Below, one piece after another: positions 1 through 10,003 of a stretch of 64,000 nucleotides of DNA; the first letter of the stretch is position 1, and every line of letters starts with the position of its first letter. The translations under genes and the position numbers were made by a program. The notes under the pieces were generated by a model, which worked only from the letters and a program-made list of their open reading frames with translations, ran no database searches and was not told the origin of the DNA. Source of the stretch: Gemmatimonadales bacterium (GTDB lineage: Bacteria; Gemmatimonadota; Gemmatimonadetes; Gemmatimonadales; GWC2-71-9); assembly GCA_035557715.1 (NCBI GenBank), contig DATMDQ010000121.1:16962-80961 (forward strand), written 5' to 3'.

Positions 1-129
1 CTCCGCCAGTTCAGAGCCGCTATGCACGGATCGGCTGGTGGGGCCGTCAGCCGCGAGGGGCTGTACCTGCGGGTACTCATGCTGGTAGCGCTCGAATTGT
101 GGATGCGAGATCAGGGGCTGACATGGTAA
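1..129 (+). CDS. 3' end of a gene running off the left edge; the tail resembles the C-terminus of the AsnB-like amidotransferase
   Basis: Frame 1 is open from nt 1 to TAA at 127-129. The tail GLYLRVLMLVALELWMRDQGLTW aligns by eye with YGSLFRVLALEMWMRAFDVN at the end of ORF 2242-4227. Confidence 0.35.
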   Translation, partial: LRQFRAAMHGSAGGAVSREGLYLRVLMLVALELWMRDQGLTW

Positions 130-1169
130 CGGCCCCCACGATCACCCGGCCGTTCGTCTCAATCGCAATCCCTTGCCGAAACGAGGCCCGGTATATCGCC
201 GGCTGCCTTGGGTCGATTCTGGCCGGCGATTATCCCCTGGGCCGGCTCGAGATTCTCGTAGCGGACGGCCTGAGCGACGACGGGACCCGGGAGATCCTCC
301 GCACCTACGCAGCCGAACACTCCTGCATCACCGTGCTCGATAACCACGAGCGGAGCACTCCGGCCGCGCTGAACCTGGCGATCCGCTCCGCATCCGGAAG
401 CGTAGTCGTCCGCATGGACGCGCACGTCCTCTATCCAGAGGACTACGTCCGCCGGCTGGTCGAAGCGCTGGAGGAGACCGGCGCGGACAACGTCGGAGGC
501 GTGCTCGAGACCGTTCCCGCCGACGACACGCCCACCGCCCGGGCAATAGCTATGGGATTGTCCCATCCGTTCGGAGTGGGCAATTCCCATTTCCGCACCG
601 GGACCCGTCAGCGCCGGGAAGTGGACACGGTTCCCTTCGGCTGTTACCGACGGGAGACCTTCGACCGCATCGGCCTATTCGACGAGGAGCTGGTCAGAAA
701 CCAGGACGACGAGCTCAACTTCAGACTGATAGCTAGCGGCGGACGGATTCTGTTGCTGCCGGAGGTTACCTGCCGGTACTTTGCCCGCCGCTCGTTCGGT
801 CAGGTCGCCAGCATGTACTACCAGTACGGGTACTTCAAGCCGCTGGTGGCCCGCAAACTTGGCCGGGTCATGACCGTGCGGCAGCTGGTGCCGTCGATGC
901 TGATCGCCACGCTCCTCGGCTCGGCTTCGCTCAGCACGTGGGTACCGGGAGCGGGCGCGGCCTTTGCTGTCATCACGGCCATCTACGGCGGCTTCGTGCT
1001 CGTCTGCTCCGCCGCCGCCACCGGCTCCGATCTGCGCTGCGGACTGGCCCTGGCGGCCGTGTTCCCGACGCTCCACTTCAGCTACGGATTGGGGTTCATC
1101 CGCGGCATCTACGACCACGTTCTCGCCCGCGGTCTTCCGAAAGCGCGCGAAATCGGCTTTTCCCGGTAG
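99..1169 (+). CDS. Family 2 glycosyltransferase (GT-A fold) with C-terminal membrane segments
   Basis: 356-aa ORF with FVSIAIPCRNEARYI...LEILVADGLSDDGT and RMDAH motifs and a hydrophobic C-terminal third. GTG start at 99; alternative ATG at 123. Confidence 0.85.
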   Translation: MDARSGADMVTAPTITRPFVSIAIPCRNEARYIAGCLGSILAGDYPLGRLEILVADGLSDDGTREILRTYAAEHSCITVLDNHERSTPAALNLAIRSASGSVVVRMDAHVLYPEDYVRRLVEALEETGADNVGGVLETVPADDTPTARAIAMGLSHPFGVGNSHFRTGTRQRREVDTVPFGCYRRETFDRIGLFDEELVRNQDDELNFRLIASGGRILLLPEVTCRYFARRSFGQVASMYYQYGYFKPLVARKLGRVMTVRQLVPSMLIATLLGSASLSTWVPGAGAAFAVITAIYGGFVLVCSAAATGSDLRCGLALAAVFPTLHFSYGLGFIRGIYDHVLARGLPKAREIGFSR

Positions 1170-2237
1170 GTGAGGACATGGCTTACGACTCGGAATGGCC
1201 ACGTGACCAGTAACCTCAAGGTACTGATGGTCACCAGCGACTGGCTGTGGAACAGCTGGGGGGGACCGGCGGTATTCGTCGCCCGGCAGGCCGAGTTCCT
1301 CCGGCGGGCGGGAGTCGACGTCGACCTCTTCCCGTTTCGCGGTTCACGCCGGCTGGGGAACTACGCGGCAGCGTGGCGGGAGGTACAGCGCCGCCTTCGG
1401 CACGGCTCTTACGATCTGGTGCATGCACAGTTCGGCCAGAGTGGGCTTACCGCTTTACCCAAGCGGATTCCTCTGGTGGTGACGTTTCGCGGTGACGACC
1501 TCGAGGGGATCATCGGGGAGAACGGCCGCTATATCCCGGCGGGATGGCTGCTGCGGTTGGTTTCCAGAACCGTCTCGCGCCAGGCCGACGCGGCGATTGT
1601 GGTGTCGGCCCACATGAAGCGGCATCTGCCTCCTTCGGTTGACGCCCACGTTATCCCATCCGGGCTCGACCTCGATCAGTTCCGACCCGAGCCTCAGGAA
1701 CCGGCACGTGCCAGGCTGGGGCTCCCGCTCGAGAGCAAGATGGTCGCGTTCGTGGGCAACCCCGATCTGGCCCGGAAGCGCTACGCGCTGGCGCAGGAAG
1801 CCGTCGCCATCGTAAACCGGTCGATACCCACCCAGTTGCTGGTAGGCTGGGGAAAGCCGCACCACGAAATTGTCTCCCTTCTCAACGCCTGCGACGCGAT
1901 GGTGTTTACGTCGATGCAGGAAGGCTCGCCCAACGCCGTCAAGGAGGCGCTGGCCTGTAACCTGCCTGTGGTTTCAGTAGGCGTGGGAGATGTTGCCTTG
2001 CGCCTCGAGGGGGTGAAAGGCTGCGAGCTCTGTCGAGACGACCGGCCCGACACCATTGCGGCGGCGCTGGAGCGGGTCCTCCGGCATGGCGGACGGAGCG
2101 AGGGCCGTGCGGCGGTGCAGGACCTCGACGAGCGCTTCCTCACCGAGCGCTTGATCGACATCTATCGATCGGTCCTTCCTCAATCGAAGTCTCTGGCCAA
2201 GCGACCCGACCTCGACCTAATGGGCAGCGGGGTATAA
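1170..2237 (+). CDS. GT-B glycosyltransferase (GT1/GT4-like)
   Basis: 355-aa ORF directly abutting the GT2 stop. Carries the EX7E motif EGSPNAVKEA. Confidence 0.8.
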   Translation: MRTWLTTRNGHVTSNLKVLMVTSDWLWNSWGGPAVFVARQAEFLRRAGVDVDLFPFRGSRRLGNYAAAWREVQRRLRHGSYDLVHAQFGQSGLTALPKRIPLVVTFRGDDLEGIIGENGRYIPAGWLLRLVSRTVSRQADAAIVVSAHMKRHLPPSVDAHVIPSGLDLDQFRPEPQEPARARLGLPLESKMVAFVGNPDLARKRYALAQEAVAIVNRSIPTQLLVGWGKPHHEIVSLLNACDAMVFTSMQEGSPNAVKEALACNLPVVSVGVGDVALRLEGVKGCELCRDDRPDTIAAALERVLRHGGRSEGRAAVQDLDERFLTERLIDIYRSVLPQSKSLAKRPDLDLMGSGV

Positions 2238-2241
2238 CCGG

Positions 2242-4227
2242 ATGTGCGGTATTACAGGCATAGTGGCTCTGAACGGACGCCCGGTGGACCTTCGCGTCTT
2301 GCAGCGGATGAACGACGTGCAGGCCCACCGGGGCCCGGACGGCGAGGGCTTCATCGTAAGTTGGCCCGAGTCCAACGGCTACTGTTCCGCCTTCCTTAGG
2401 AACACCAGCCAGGAACGCTCCACCCCCCCGGCTCGCGTCGCCCTGGGCCACCGCCGGCTGGCAATCCTGGATCTCTCAGACCGTGGGCTGCAGCCGATGT
2501 CGGCCGGGGCCAGCGGCGCCTGGATCGTATTCAACGGCGAGATCTACAATCACCAGGAGCTCCGCTCGGAGCTCGAAAGTCGGGGCCGCTACTTCAGCAC
2601 CCGCACCGACACCGAGGTTCTCCTCCAGAGCTACCTCGAGTGGGGCGAGGAGTGTCTCCAGCGGCTGGATGGGATGTTCGCTTTCGCGATCTGGGATGGT
2701 GCCCGTGGCCGGCTATTCTGCGCCCGGGACCGGCTCGGCATCAAGCCGTTCTACTACGCCACCCCTGAGGACCACTTCATCTTTGCGTCGGAGATCAAGG
2801 GCCTGCTTCCATTTCCCGGCCTGAGGGCTGCGGCGGACGACGAGGCCGTGCTCGGGTTCCTGATGCACGGCAACTGCGACTTCCGCGAGCGCACCATCTT
2901 CCGGGACGTGATTGCACTGCCGGCCGCGCATGCCCTGACGATCGACGTTAACAGCCGCAAGGTTACCCGCTGGTGTTATTGGAAGCCAGTTCCGGGACCT
3001 CTCAACCTCGGTGTGGAAGACAGCACCAGGGTAGCTACGCTGCGAGATATGCTGGTGGCCACCACCCGTTCCCACCTGATCAGCGACGTGCGCGCGGGCA
3101 GCTGTCTCAGTGGAGGGCTCGATTCCTCCGCAGTGGTGGGACTGATAGGCAAGATCTGGCGGGAGCAGCCATCTGAGGCGTCCGCGCTGGGCGATGAGTT
3201 CAACACCTTTACCTCGTGTTATGAGTATGCCGAGCTGGACGAACGGGAATACGCACTCCAGGTGGCCAACTCGGCCGGGGCCACGCCTCATCTGGTCTTC
3301 CCGTCTGCTTCGGATTTCTGGGAGTCCTTCGGCCGGATGGCGTGGCACCAGGACATGCCGTTTTCCAGCCTGAGCTTTTACGCCCAATGGCGGGTCATGC
3401 GGGCCGCCAGGGAGGCGGGGGTGAAGGTGTTGCTCGATGGGCAGGGAGGCGACGAGGTGTTCGGTGGCTACGCCAAGTTCCGCTACGCCTATCTCGCTTC
3501 GCTCGCTCGGACTGGCCGAGTCGGCACCATGGCCCGGGAGGCATGGGCCAGTGTATTACAGCGGGATCTGTATCTGCTCGACGTGAGGAAAGGATATCGC
3601 TACCTCCCAAACCGGCTGCGTTCCCTGCTCGGCGTAGACACCCTGCTCCAGCGGGTGCTCCGGGCCGATTGGGACAGCGCCATCGACCATGAGAGCACCC
3701 CGGCCACCCGGTGGTGGAAGCATGCGACCGGTGGGTCGCGGCCGGATGGCTGGACTACCATGCAGGCGGTTCAGGTGGAAGACATCCTGGTAGACACGCT
3801 CCCACTGCTGCTCCGAATGGAAGACCGTTCGTCGATGGCATTCTCCATCGAGGCCAGGGTGCCATTGCTCGACCACAAGCTGGTCGAGTACGGCCTGTCT
3901 CTGCCGGATCATCTGAAGATTCAGGGCGGGGTCAGCAAATTCGCCGTCCGGGAAGCTACCCGAGGCCTCATGCCGGAGGCGGTGCGGCTCCGACGGACCA
4001 AGCTGGGATTTGCGGCGCCCGACAGCCGCTGGCTGGATGGCGAGCTGCGGCCGATGGTGACCGAGCTTATCGAAGGCAGCCTCCGATGCGAGCGGTTCGT
4101 GGATCCCGAGCCACTACGCCAGTGGTACCGATCTCCCGCGGCCGCCTCCGCCAACCCCGAAGCGTATGGCAGCCTCTTTCGGGTCCTGGCACTTGAAATG
4201 TGGATGCGTGCATTCGATGTGAACTAG
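2242..4227 (+). CDS. asnB: Asparagine synthase (glutamine-hydrolysing) family amidotransferase
   Basis: MCGI N-terminal Cys nucleophile, PP-loop CLSGGLDSS, 661 aa. Confidence 0.9.
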   Translation: MCGITGIVALNGRPVDLRVLQRMNDVQAHRGPDGEGFIVSWPESNGYCSAFLRNTSQERSTPPARVALGHRRLAILDLSDRGLQPMSAGASGAWIVFNGEIYNHQELRSELESRGRYFSTRTDTEVLLQSYLEWGEECLQRLDGMFAFAIWDGARGRLFCARDRLGIKPFYYATPEDHFIFASEIKGLLPFPGLRAAADDEAVLGFLMHGNCDFRERTIFRDVIALPAAHALTIDVNSRKVTRWCYWKPVPGPLNLGVEDSTRVATLRDMLVATTRSHLISDVRAGSCLSGGLDSSAVVGLIGKIWREQPSEASALGDEFNTFTSCYEYAELDEREYALQVANSAGATPHLVFPSASDFWESFGRMAWHQDMPFSSLSFYAQWRVMRAAREAGVKVLLDGQGGDEVFGGYAKFRYAYLASLARTGRVGTMAREAWASVLQRDLYLLDVRKGYRYLPNRLRSLLGVDTLLQRVLRADWDSAIDHESTPATRWWKHATGGSRPDGWTTMQAVQVEDILVDTLPLLLRMEDRSSMAFSIEARVPLLDHKLVEYGLSLPDHLKIQGGVSKFAVREATRGLMPEAVRLRRTKLGFAAPDSRWLDGELRPMVTELIEGSLRCERFVDPEPLRQWYRSPAAASANPEAYGSLFRVLALEMWMRAFDVN

Positions 4228-5417
4228 CGCTCGTAGGCCCCGAGATCGTACCCGGCACCCCGCGGACGTGTTACACCATCCGCATCCACCGGCACCTCTG
4301 CCAGCGGGAGTCCGGCATCGATCGCCGGGCTATCGTACCGCAACCTGAAATCGGGAAATTCCCTCAGCCTGGGGTCGGTTCTCTCCCAGTTCCGGGAGAA
4401 GGTCACGCCCAGAGGCCTGCCCACCTTCATGACACCCCCGGAAACCATATTGTGCCGCACCGAGGCGCCGGGAAATCGCAGGTTCTCGAAGTAGAGCGCG
4501 GCGGTGTTCGGGCCATGAAAGATGTTGTTCTCGATCTTGAGGCCCTCGGTGGGGCTGGCCAGAATGATCTGACCCTCACGATAGGGGTTCTGTCCCGCGA
4601 ATGTGTTGTTGACGATGGTGAGGCCGCGAGTGACGGCGTTGCGTGACGAATAGCGGTGGACCGCCCAGCCGCGTCCGAACCCGTAGAAGATGTTGTTCTT
4701 GATTGTGACTCCATCGGCATCCGCCACATAGATACCATGATCGTGGTTCTTGTAGTACCCGGTTCGTGGGGAACAGCCCTGCTCCCCAAGCGCGAACCGG
4801 CCGATATGATGCCAGACATTTCCGTCGAAGGTCACCCGGCGGGCGCCGGCTCCGAGAGAGGCGCCGGTTCGGCCATTGTTCGTATCGGTGCAGTACCGCC
4901 CGACATGATGCACGTGGTTTCGTGCGATGGTGATGTCGTGCACGCCGCCGCCATAAAAGTCGAATCCATGCTCCCGAAGGCTCCGGATCTCGAACCCCTC
5001 GACCCTGATGTAGCTGACGCCGGCGTCGAAGTACCACGCCACGAGACTCCGATCCCGGCCATCCAGAATGGCGCCCCAGCGCCGCTCCGAAAGGAAGGTG
5101 ATAGGGTTGCCGGGCGCACCCCCTCGGCTAAGCGAGACCATGCGGCTGCCGCCGGTATAGGTGCCTGGCCGCACCACGACCGTGTCTCCCGGTCCTGCCA
5201 CCTCGGCAGCCTTCTGTAGGGTTCTGAAGGGGGAGCCGGCGCTCCCGGGATTGGTATCCGACCCCCCGGGAGCCACGTAATAGCGCTCCGGCGTAAAGGT
5301 GACCGACGCCGACCACGGCCCCGAATCGGAGGAGGTGACCGACGCCGGCGGTGCCGGATCGGAGCATGTCAGCGGCATGAGCGATGCAATGAGAGTCGCC
5401 CAATGTTTGATGGCCAT
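4224..5417 (-). CDS. Secreted right-handed parallel beta-helix repeat protein (DUF1565/pectate-lyase-like)
   Basis: SPFRTLQKAAEVAGPGDTVVVRPGTYTG followed by repetitive N/G-rich turns. The ORF extends to 5495, but ATG at 5417 gives the signal/lipobox MAIKHWATLIASLMPLTCS. 4-nt convergent overlap with the asnB stop. Confidence 0.7.
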   Translation of the reverse strand: MAIKHWATLIASLMPLTCSDPAPPASVTSSDSGPWSASVTFTPERYYVAPGGSDTNPGSAGSPFRTLQKAAEVAGPGDTVVVRPGTYTGGSRMVSLSRGGAPGNPITFLSERRWGAILDGRDRSLVAWYFDAGVSYIRVEGFEIRSLREHGFDFYGGGVHDITIARNHVHHVGRYCTDTNNGRTGASLGAGARRVTFDGNVWHHIGRFALGEQGCSPRTGYYKNHDHGIYVADADGVTIKNNIFYGFGRGWAVHRYSSRNAVTRGLTIVNNTFAGQNPYREGQIILASPTEGLKIENNIFHGPNTAALYFENLRFPGASVRHNMVSGGVMKVGRPLGVTFSRNWERTDPRLREFPDFRLRYDSPAIDAGLPLAEVPVDADGVTRPRGAGYDLGAYER

Positions 5418-5604
5418 TCTGGCTTCAGCCTCCCAAGGGAACGGCGCCATTGGATTCGAGTGATCGCCTCTGGGAAACAACATATCACGTGACATGGAGC
5501 ATCCGAGAGTGCAAGGACTTGCAGTTCTCGATGTAGCCGACCCTGGCCATACGGTCCCGGTTGTTGTGGGATCCGCCCGACATCTCTAACTGAGAGTCCA
5601 CACG

Positions 5605-8094
5605 ATGCGTGACCGCCGCTCCGGAACTCGCTCCCAGGATTATTCCGCCGCGGACCCGAGGCCCAGCTCCCCGACTCCGGCAATGACGGACCCCGCCCTC
5701 CAGGGCGACGGCATCACCCCGTCCCATCTGCTCCGCGCCGTCCGCGAGAACCTCGCCCTGTTCCTCGTGGTGACAGGATTGACCCTGGCCGTCACGGCTC
5801 TCCTGGTCATGCGGACCCCGGCGCAATATGGGGCCCGATCGGTGATCCGGATCGCCGGTGAGCGCCGCATCGTCACAAGCGGAGTGGAGAACGCCCCCGA
5901 GCCGCAGGACCGCCAGGCCGACCCCCTGCTGTCGGCAGTACAGGTCCTCTCCAGCCGAACGCTGGTCGGCGCCGTAGTCGACTCCCTCGGTCTCCGGCTA
6001 CAACCCGTCGCACACTACACCCCGGGTGCCCCACTCATCGGTCGGCGCTTTCCGAGTGGCGCATTTCGGCAGGTGACCGTAGCAGCCGGCGCTCCAGTCG
6101 ATACGCTCCTCTTTCAGTTCTCGAACTACGGCGTATTCGCCCGCTCCCGTGGCGGCGAGGCAGATGCCGGGTTCGGAGAACGCCTGCGTCTCGGGCCGAT
6201 CGGGGTAACGGTGCCCGAGGTTCCGCCCGTAGGCTACACCATTGCCGTGGTGCAGTCGCGCGACGTTGCGATCGACAACGCGCTCGAGCGGCTGAAGGTG
6301 GTACCGCGGCCTGGCACCGACGTGATCGATGTCAAATATGTCGACTCCGATCCTGCCCGCGCCCAGCAGTTCGCCAATCATCTCGCCCGGCTCTTTCAGG
6401 TGGCGAATGGTCATTCGGCCCAGGAACAGTCGGGCCGGCGACGGGAGTTTCTGGCCGATCAGCTGCGGGTTACCGACTCGATGCTGGTCCTGGCTGAAGC
6501 GGAGCTCAGCGCCTTCCGCGGCACCCAGCAGATGGGAAGCTCGAAGGACAACCTCTCCACCGAGCAGGCCGGCGCGGCGGCACGGGGAACACGGCGGGGA
6601 GAGCTGATGGCCGATCGCCGGGTGCTGGCCGCGCTGCTGCAGCGTGCCAGGCGAACTGGACCGGATGAACCAGACGCCGCGTTCCAGGCGCTGGCGTTCT
6701 CACCCGAGGTGGCGTCTGACTCGACCCTGAGCCAGCTTCAGCGCCGCCTGATCGATTATCGCGGCCGGCTCGACTCGCTGACCACCGGCCCCTGGCGGAG
6801 CCGGGCCACAAATCCTGATGTGGTGCAGCTGACCACCTTGCTCGAGACGACCCAGAATCAATTGACCTCGGCGATCAGGGCTCGCATCGCGGCGCTGGAC
6901 TCGCGCATCGCTGTCCTGTCGGATCAACAGAAGAGCGGCGCTCGGTCGATCCAGGGCTTACCGGCTCAACAGGCAGTTGAGGCAACCCTGGATCGCCGGG
7001 TCGAGGTATTGCGGACCACCACTGACGCCCTTCGTCAGGCATACCAGAAGGCACGCATCTCGGAGGCGCTTGGCGCCGCCGACATCGAGATCCTCGACTT
7101 CGCCCCTCTTCCCTATCGCCCAACCGGTGTTCCCCTATCAGGCGCGCTGATCCTCGGACTCCTCTTCGGTATGCTGCTTGGAGGCGCGGCCACGGTGCTG
7201 GCAGACGTTGCCAACAGCGCAGTCAGGCGTCCGAAGGAACTGCACGATATGACCGGAACTACGGAGCTGGGAATCATTCCGCGGATCCAAGGTCTCACCC
7301 ACGCTGGTGTCGCCATGCCGAGGCTCCTGGCGGGGATCGGCCACGATGGGAAGGGGAGCAACGGCAACGGGAACGGCTTTTCCCCGGAGGTCCTGTTCTC
7401 GCCGCCCGGAACACTCTCCAATGAGGCGGAAGCGTTCCGGATGTTGCGGATCACGCTGGCCTTCTCCTGGGGCGAAGGTCCCTGCACGATGGTGGTGACC
7501 AGTGCCGCCCCTCAGGAGGGCAAGACGCTGATCGCCACCAACCTGGCGGTCACGTTCGCCCGGGGAGGAGCCCGAGTCCTACTAGTGGATTGTGACATCC
7601 ATCGGCCCCGGCTGCACCGGGTGTTCCGGGCTTCCCGGTCTCCAGGACTGATGGACCTGCTGCGCTCCGGCTCTGCCGACTCCCCGCTGCCCGCGGCGGT
7701 GAATCACCGCCTGGCAGCAATACGCGGAACAGGCATCGAGCGACTCTCATTGCTACCCTGCGGAGCAGACGCGCACCAGACGCCGGAGTTGCTGGAGCCG
7801 GCGACCCTGCGTGGACTGTTGAAGCAGCTTCGGGTGGATTTTGATGTGATCCTGCTCGATACCCCGCCGGTCCTGGTCAGCGCCGATGCCGCGACGCTCG
7901 CCGCATCGGCAGACGGGGTGATAATGGTGGTGAGAGCGGGTCAGACGGATCGGCGAGCGGCGGAGCTCGCGCGCCAGCGGGTGGTATCCGCCGGCGGGCG
8001 AGTGCTGGGAGCCGTTCTTAACGACCCTGACGGGGTCCTCGGGCGGCTGGGCGAGCCTTCCTACGCGTACGACTACCCCGCCACGGTCGACTAG
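5605..8094 (+). CDS. Polysaccharide co-polymerase fused to a BY tyrosine autokinase (Wzc/GumC-like)
   Basis: N-terminal TM plus a long coiled-coil periplasmic region. Walker A SAAPQEGKT, Walker A' VLLVDCDIHRP, Walker B DVILLDTPP, and a C-terminal Tyr cluster SYAYDYP. The start may be ATG at 5683. Confidence 0.85.
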   Translation: MRDRRSGTRSQDYSAADPRPSSPTPAMTDPALQGDGITPSHLLRAVRENLALFLVVTGLTLAVTALLVMRTPAQYGARSVIRIAGERRIVTSGVENAPEPQDRQADPLLSAVQVLSSRTLVGAVVDSLGLRLQPVAHYTPGAPLIGRRFPSGAFRQVTVAAGAPVDTLLFQFSNYGVFARSRGGEADAGFGERLRLGPIGVTVPEVPPVGYTIAVVQSRDVAIDNALERLKVVPRPGTDVIDVKYVDSDPARAQQFANHLARLFQVANGHSAQEQSGRRREFLADQLRVTDSMLVLAEAELSAFRGTQQMGSSKDNLSTEQAGAAARGTRRGELMADRRVLAALLQRARRTGPDEPDAAFQALAFSPEVASDSTLSQLQRRLIDYRGRLDSLTTGPWRSRATNPDVVQLTTLLETTQNQLTSAIRARIAALDSRIAVLSDQQKSGARSIQGLPAQQAVEATLDRRVEVLRTTTDALRQAYQKARISEALGAADIEILDFAPLPYRPTGVPLSGALILGLLFGMLLGGAATVLADVANSAVRRPKELHDMTGTTELGIIPRIQGLTHAGVAMPRLLAGIGHDGKGSNGNGNGFSPEVLFSPPGTLSNEAEAFRMLRITLAFSWGEGPCTMVVTSAAPQEGKTLIATNLAVTFARGGARVLLVDCDIHRPRLHRVFRASRSPGLMDLLRSGSADSPLPAAVNHRLAAIRGTGIERLSLLPCGADAHQTPELLEPATLRGLLKQLRVDFDVILLDTPPVLVSADAATLAASADGVIMVVRAGQTDRRAAELARQRVVSAGGRVLGAVLNDPDGVLGRLGEPSYAYDYPATVD

Positions 8095-8240
8095 TTCTGG
8101 ATCCGCACAGCCGACTTCATGCAGGCCTTTTACAACGAGCTGCACGCCGGAGTGCCGCCAGCACAAGCATTGATGGTGGTGCGGCGCCGGTGGGTGGTGA
8201 CCGGCGGAGCCCAGGCTCACCCATCGCACTGGGCCTACAA
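8095..8240 (+). pseudogene. Relic of the extreme C-terminus of a CHAT-domain protein
   Basis: The frame open directly after the Wzc stop reads FWIRTADFMQAFYNELHAGVPPAQALMVVRRRWVVTGGAQAHPSHWA. This matches the typical CHAT tail pattern (FY..L..G...a.AL..A......hP..WA). No upstream CHAT body is present. Confidence 0.35.
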
Positions 8241-9941
8241 AGCTGGCCCTCCGTCCTTTCCCAGCATGGCTCGTCGGACCAGCGGAATCGGTGGCCCTCC
8301 ATAAGACAGGAAGCCGTCGTGGAAGCGCTTCCAGGCCTCCTGGCCGCCCCGAGCCTGGGTCCAGTCCTCTCGCAGCTTTCGGATCATCAACTTGCCCATG
8401 GTGTAATTCAGGTATGCGGGGTCATACGTGCCCCGTGCCGCTTGCTGCCTCGAATTGCCGGGGTCCTGTAACGCCTGCTCCCGGAACATTCTCTCCGACT
8501 CCTCAACTGTCATCCCCTTGGTGTGAAGCCCGATTGCCGACAGGAACCGCACGTTGCGAAGGAGAGCATTGGAGAGTTGACCGATGTGGACTTCCGGATC
8601 TCCCTGGCCCAAGCCGGCCTCCCACATCATCTCCTCGGCGTAGTGGGCCCAGCCCTCGGCAAAGGCGTAACCGACGAAGACCTGGCCGAACCTGGATTTG
8701 GCCCTGTTCGAATGAAGAAAGTTGAGGAAGTGCCCGGGCCAGACCTCGTGTACGCTGGTGAACAGCAGATCCGCCACCCCGGGCACATAGGCCGCCTGTT
8801 CTGCCGCAGACCAGGCGGGGTCCGGCGGAGCTATGTAGTAGATGGAAGGAATATTTTTCTCATACGGCCCGGGAATATCGATATAGGCAAAATTGAAGCG
8901 TTGGTACGGCGGGGCCTCATGCACCAACGCCCGCTCCCTGCCCGGCACCGAAACGATGTCAGCCGCTCGCACGAACTGCTCCAGTGTATCGAGCTGCGAT
9001 CGAGCTCCGGCCACTGCTCCGCCGGTTGGCTTGTGGGCATTCATTCGTTCCATGCATCTGCGCAGGGAAGCGCCCGGAGCGTACTCATGGCAGGCACTCG
9101 TGAGCTCCTCCAAGTTGCGCTCCAGGTCGGCCCGGCCCCGTGCCTCCAGCGTGTCGAGCGAGACCTCGACCCTTTCGGTAGACCTCAGCATGTCCCGGAA
9201 GAGCTCAGGTCCGATGGCAAAGCCGCTGGTCCCCCGCTTCTGTTCGGTTGCCAGCCAGGCGTCCATTTCCTTCAGGGCGAGCACCGCCGCGGCGTTGGCT
9301 GAGGCAAAGTCTCTTCGCGTAACCGAGTCCCTGACGGAATCGAAGGCCATCGGCACATCCTGCTCCAGGTAACTCACCATCCCCCCGAGCCGCCCCCGTC
9401 CTATGTCCGCGTAGGTCCGGGGCATCGGCGTCTGCAGGTTGGCCCGCATCTGACCCAGGGCCTTCGGCAGCGATCTGGCCCAGCGAGTGTAGGCTCGCAT
9501 GCGCTCGGCAAGCGGCGCGTAGGGACGGGTCAGATAGACGTTGGGGTCGATCTGATCGGCATACCAGGTTGGATTCCGTCGGGGCCAATCGGCCCGCTCC
9601 TGCCAGAACAGGTCCCGATCCAGCACCGCCAGAAGGTATTCCCGCTCCAATTCCCGCGGTGCATCGCTACTGTCGATCGGAAACGCCGCCGCACTGTCGC
9701 GCACCTGGTGGAGCCTGCGGGTCCAGCCGATGAGCCCGGCATCGCTCCAGTCGGGAAAGCGGCCGTCGAAGTCGTGCCGGCCCTGGTAGACCGCAAACAG
9801 GGGGTTGGCCGCGAAGTAGGTCTCGATGAACCCCGAGACGAACCGGTCCCACTCGCGAGCGGGGCGCGCGGCCTCCTGAGACCGGCAAGAGCCGAGGAGC
9901 GTCAGGCCGGCGAAAATGGAGCGGCGGAACCAAGGGGTCAT
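8235..9941 (-). CDS. DUF885 family protein (secreted/lipoprotein)
   Basis: 568 aa with a signal peptide ending LLGSC. Contains HEVWPGHF and other DUF885-like blocks (FAEGWAHYAEEMM). Confidence 0.75.
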   Translation of the reverse strand: MTPWFRRSIFAGLTLLGSCRSQEAARPAREWDRFVSGFIETYFAANPLFAVYQGRHDFDGRFPDWSDAGLIGWTRRLHQVRDSAAAFPIDSSDAPRELEREYLLAVLDRDLFWQERADWPRRNPTWYADQIDPNVYLTRPYAPLAERMRAYTRWARSLPKALGQMRANLQTPMPRTYADIGRGRLGGMVSYLEQDVPMAFDSVRDSVTRRDFASANAAAVLALKEMDAWLATEQKRGTSGFAIGPELFRDMLRSTERVEVSLDTLEARGRADLERNLEELTSACHEYAPGASLRRCMERMNAHKPTGGAVAGARSQLDTLEQFVRAADIVSVPGRERALVHEAPPYQRFNFAYIDIPGPYEKNIPSIYYIAPPDPAWSAAEQAAYVPGVADLLFTSVHEVWPGHFLNFLHSNRAKSRFGQVFVGYAFAEGWAHYAEEMMWEAGLGQGDPEVHIGQLSNALLRNVRFLSAIGLHTKGMTVEESERMFREQALQDPGNSRQQAARGTYDPAYLNYTMGKLMIRKLREDWTQARGGQEAWKRFHDGFLSYGGPPIPLVRRAMLGKDGGPAL

Positions 9942-10003
9942 GCCAACCTCCGGTAGAGTACGGGCTGTTGCGCAGGCTTGATTCTTCTCGTTTGTTTCGC
10001 AGC

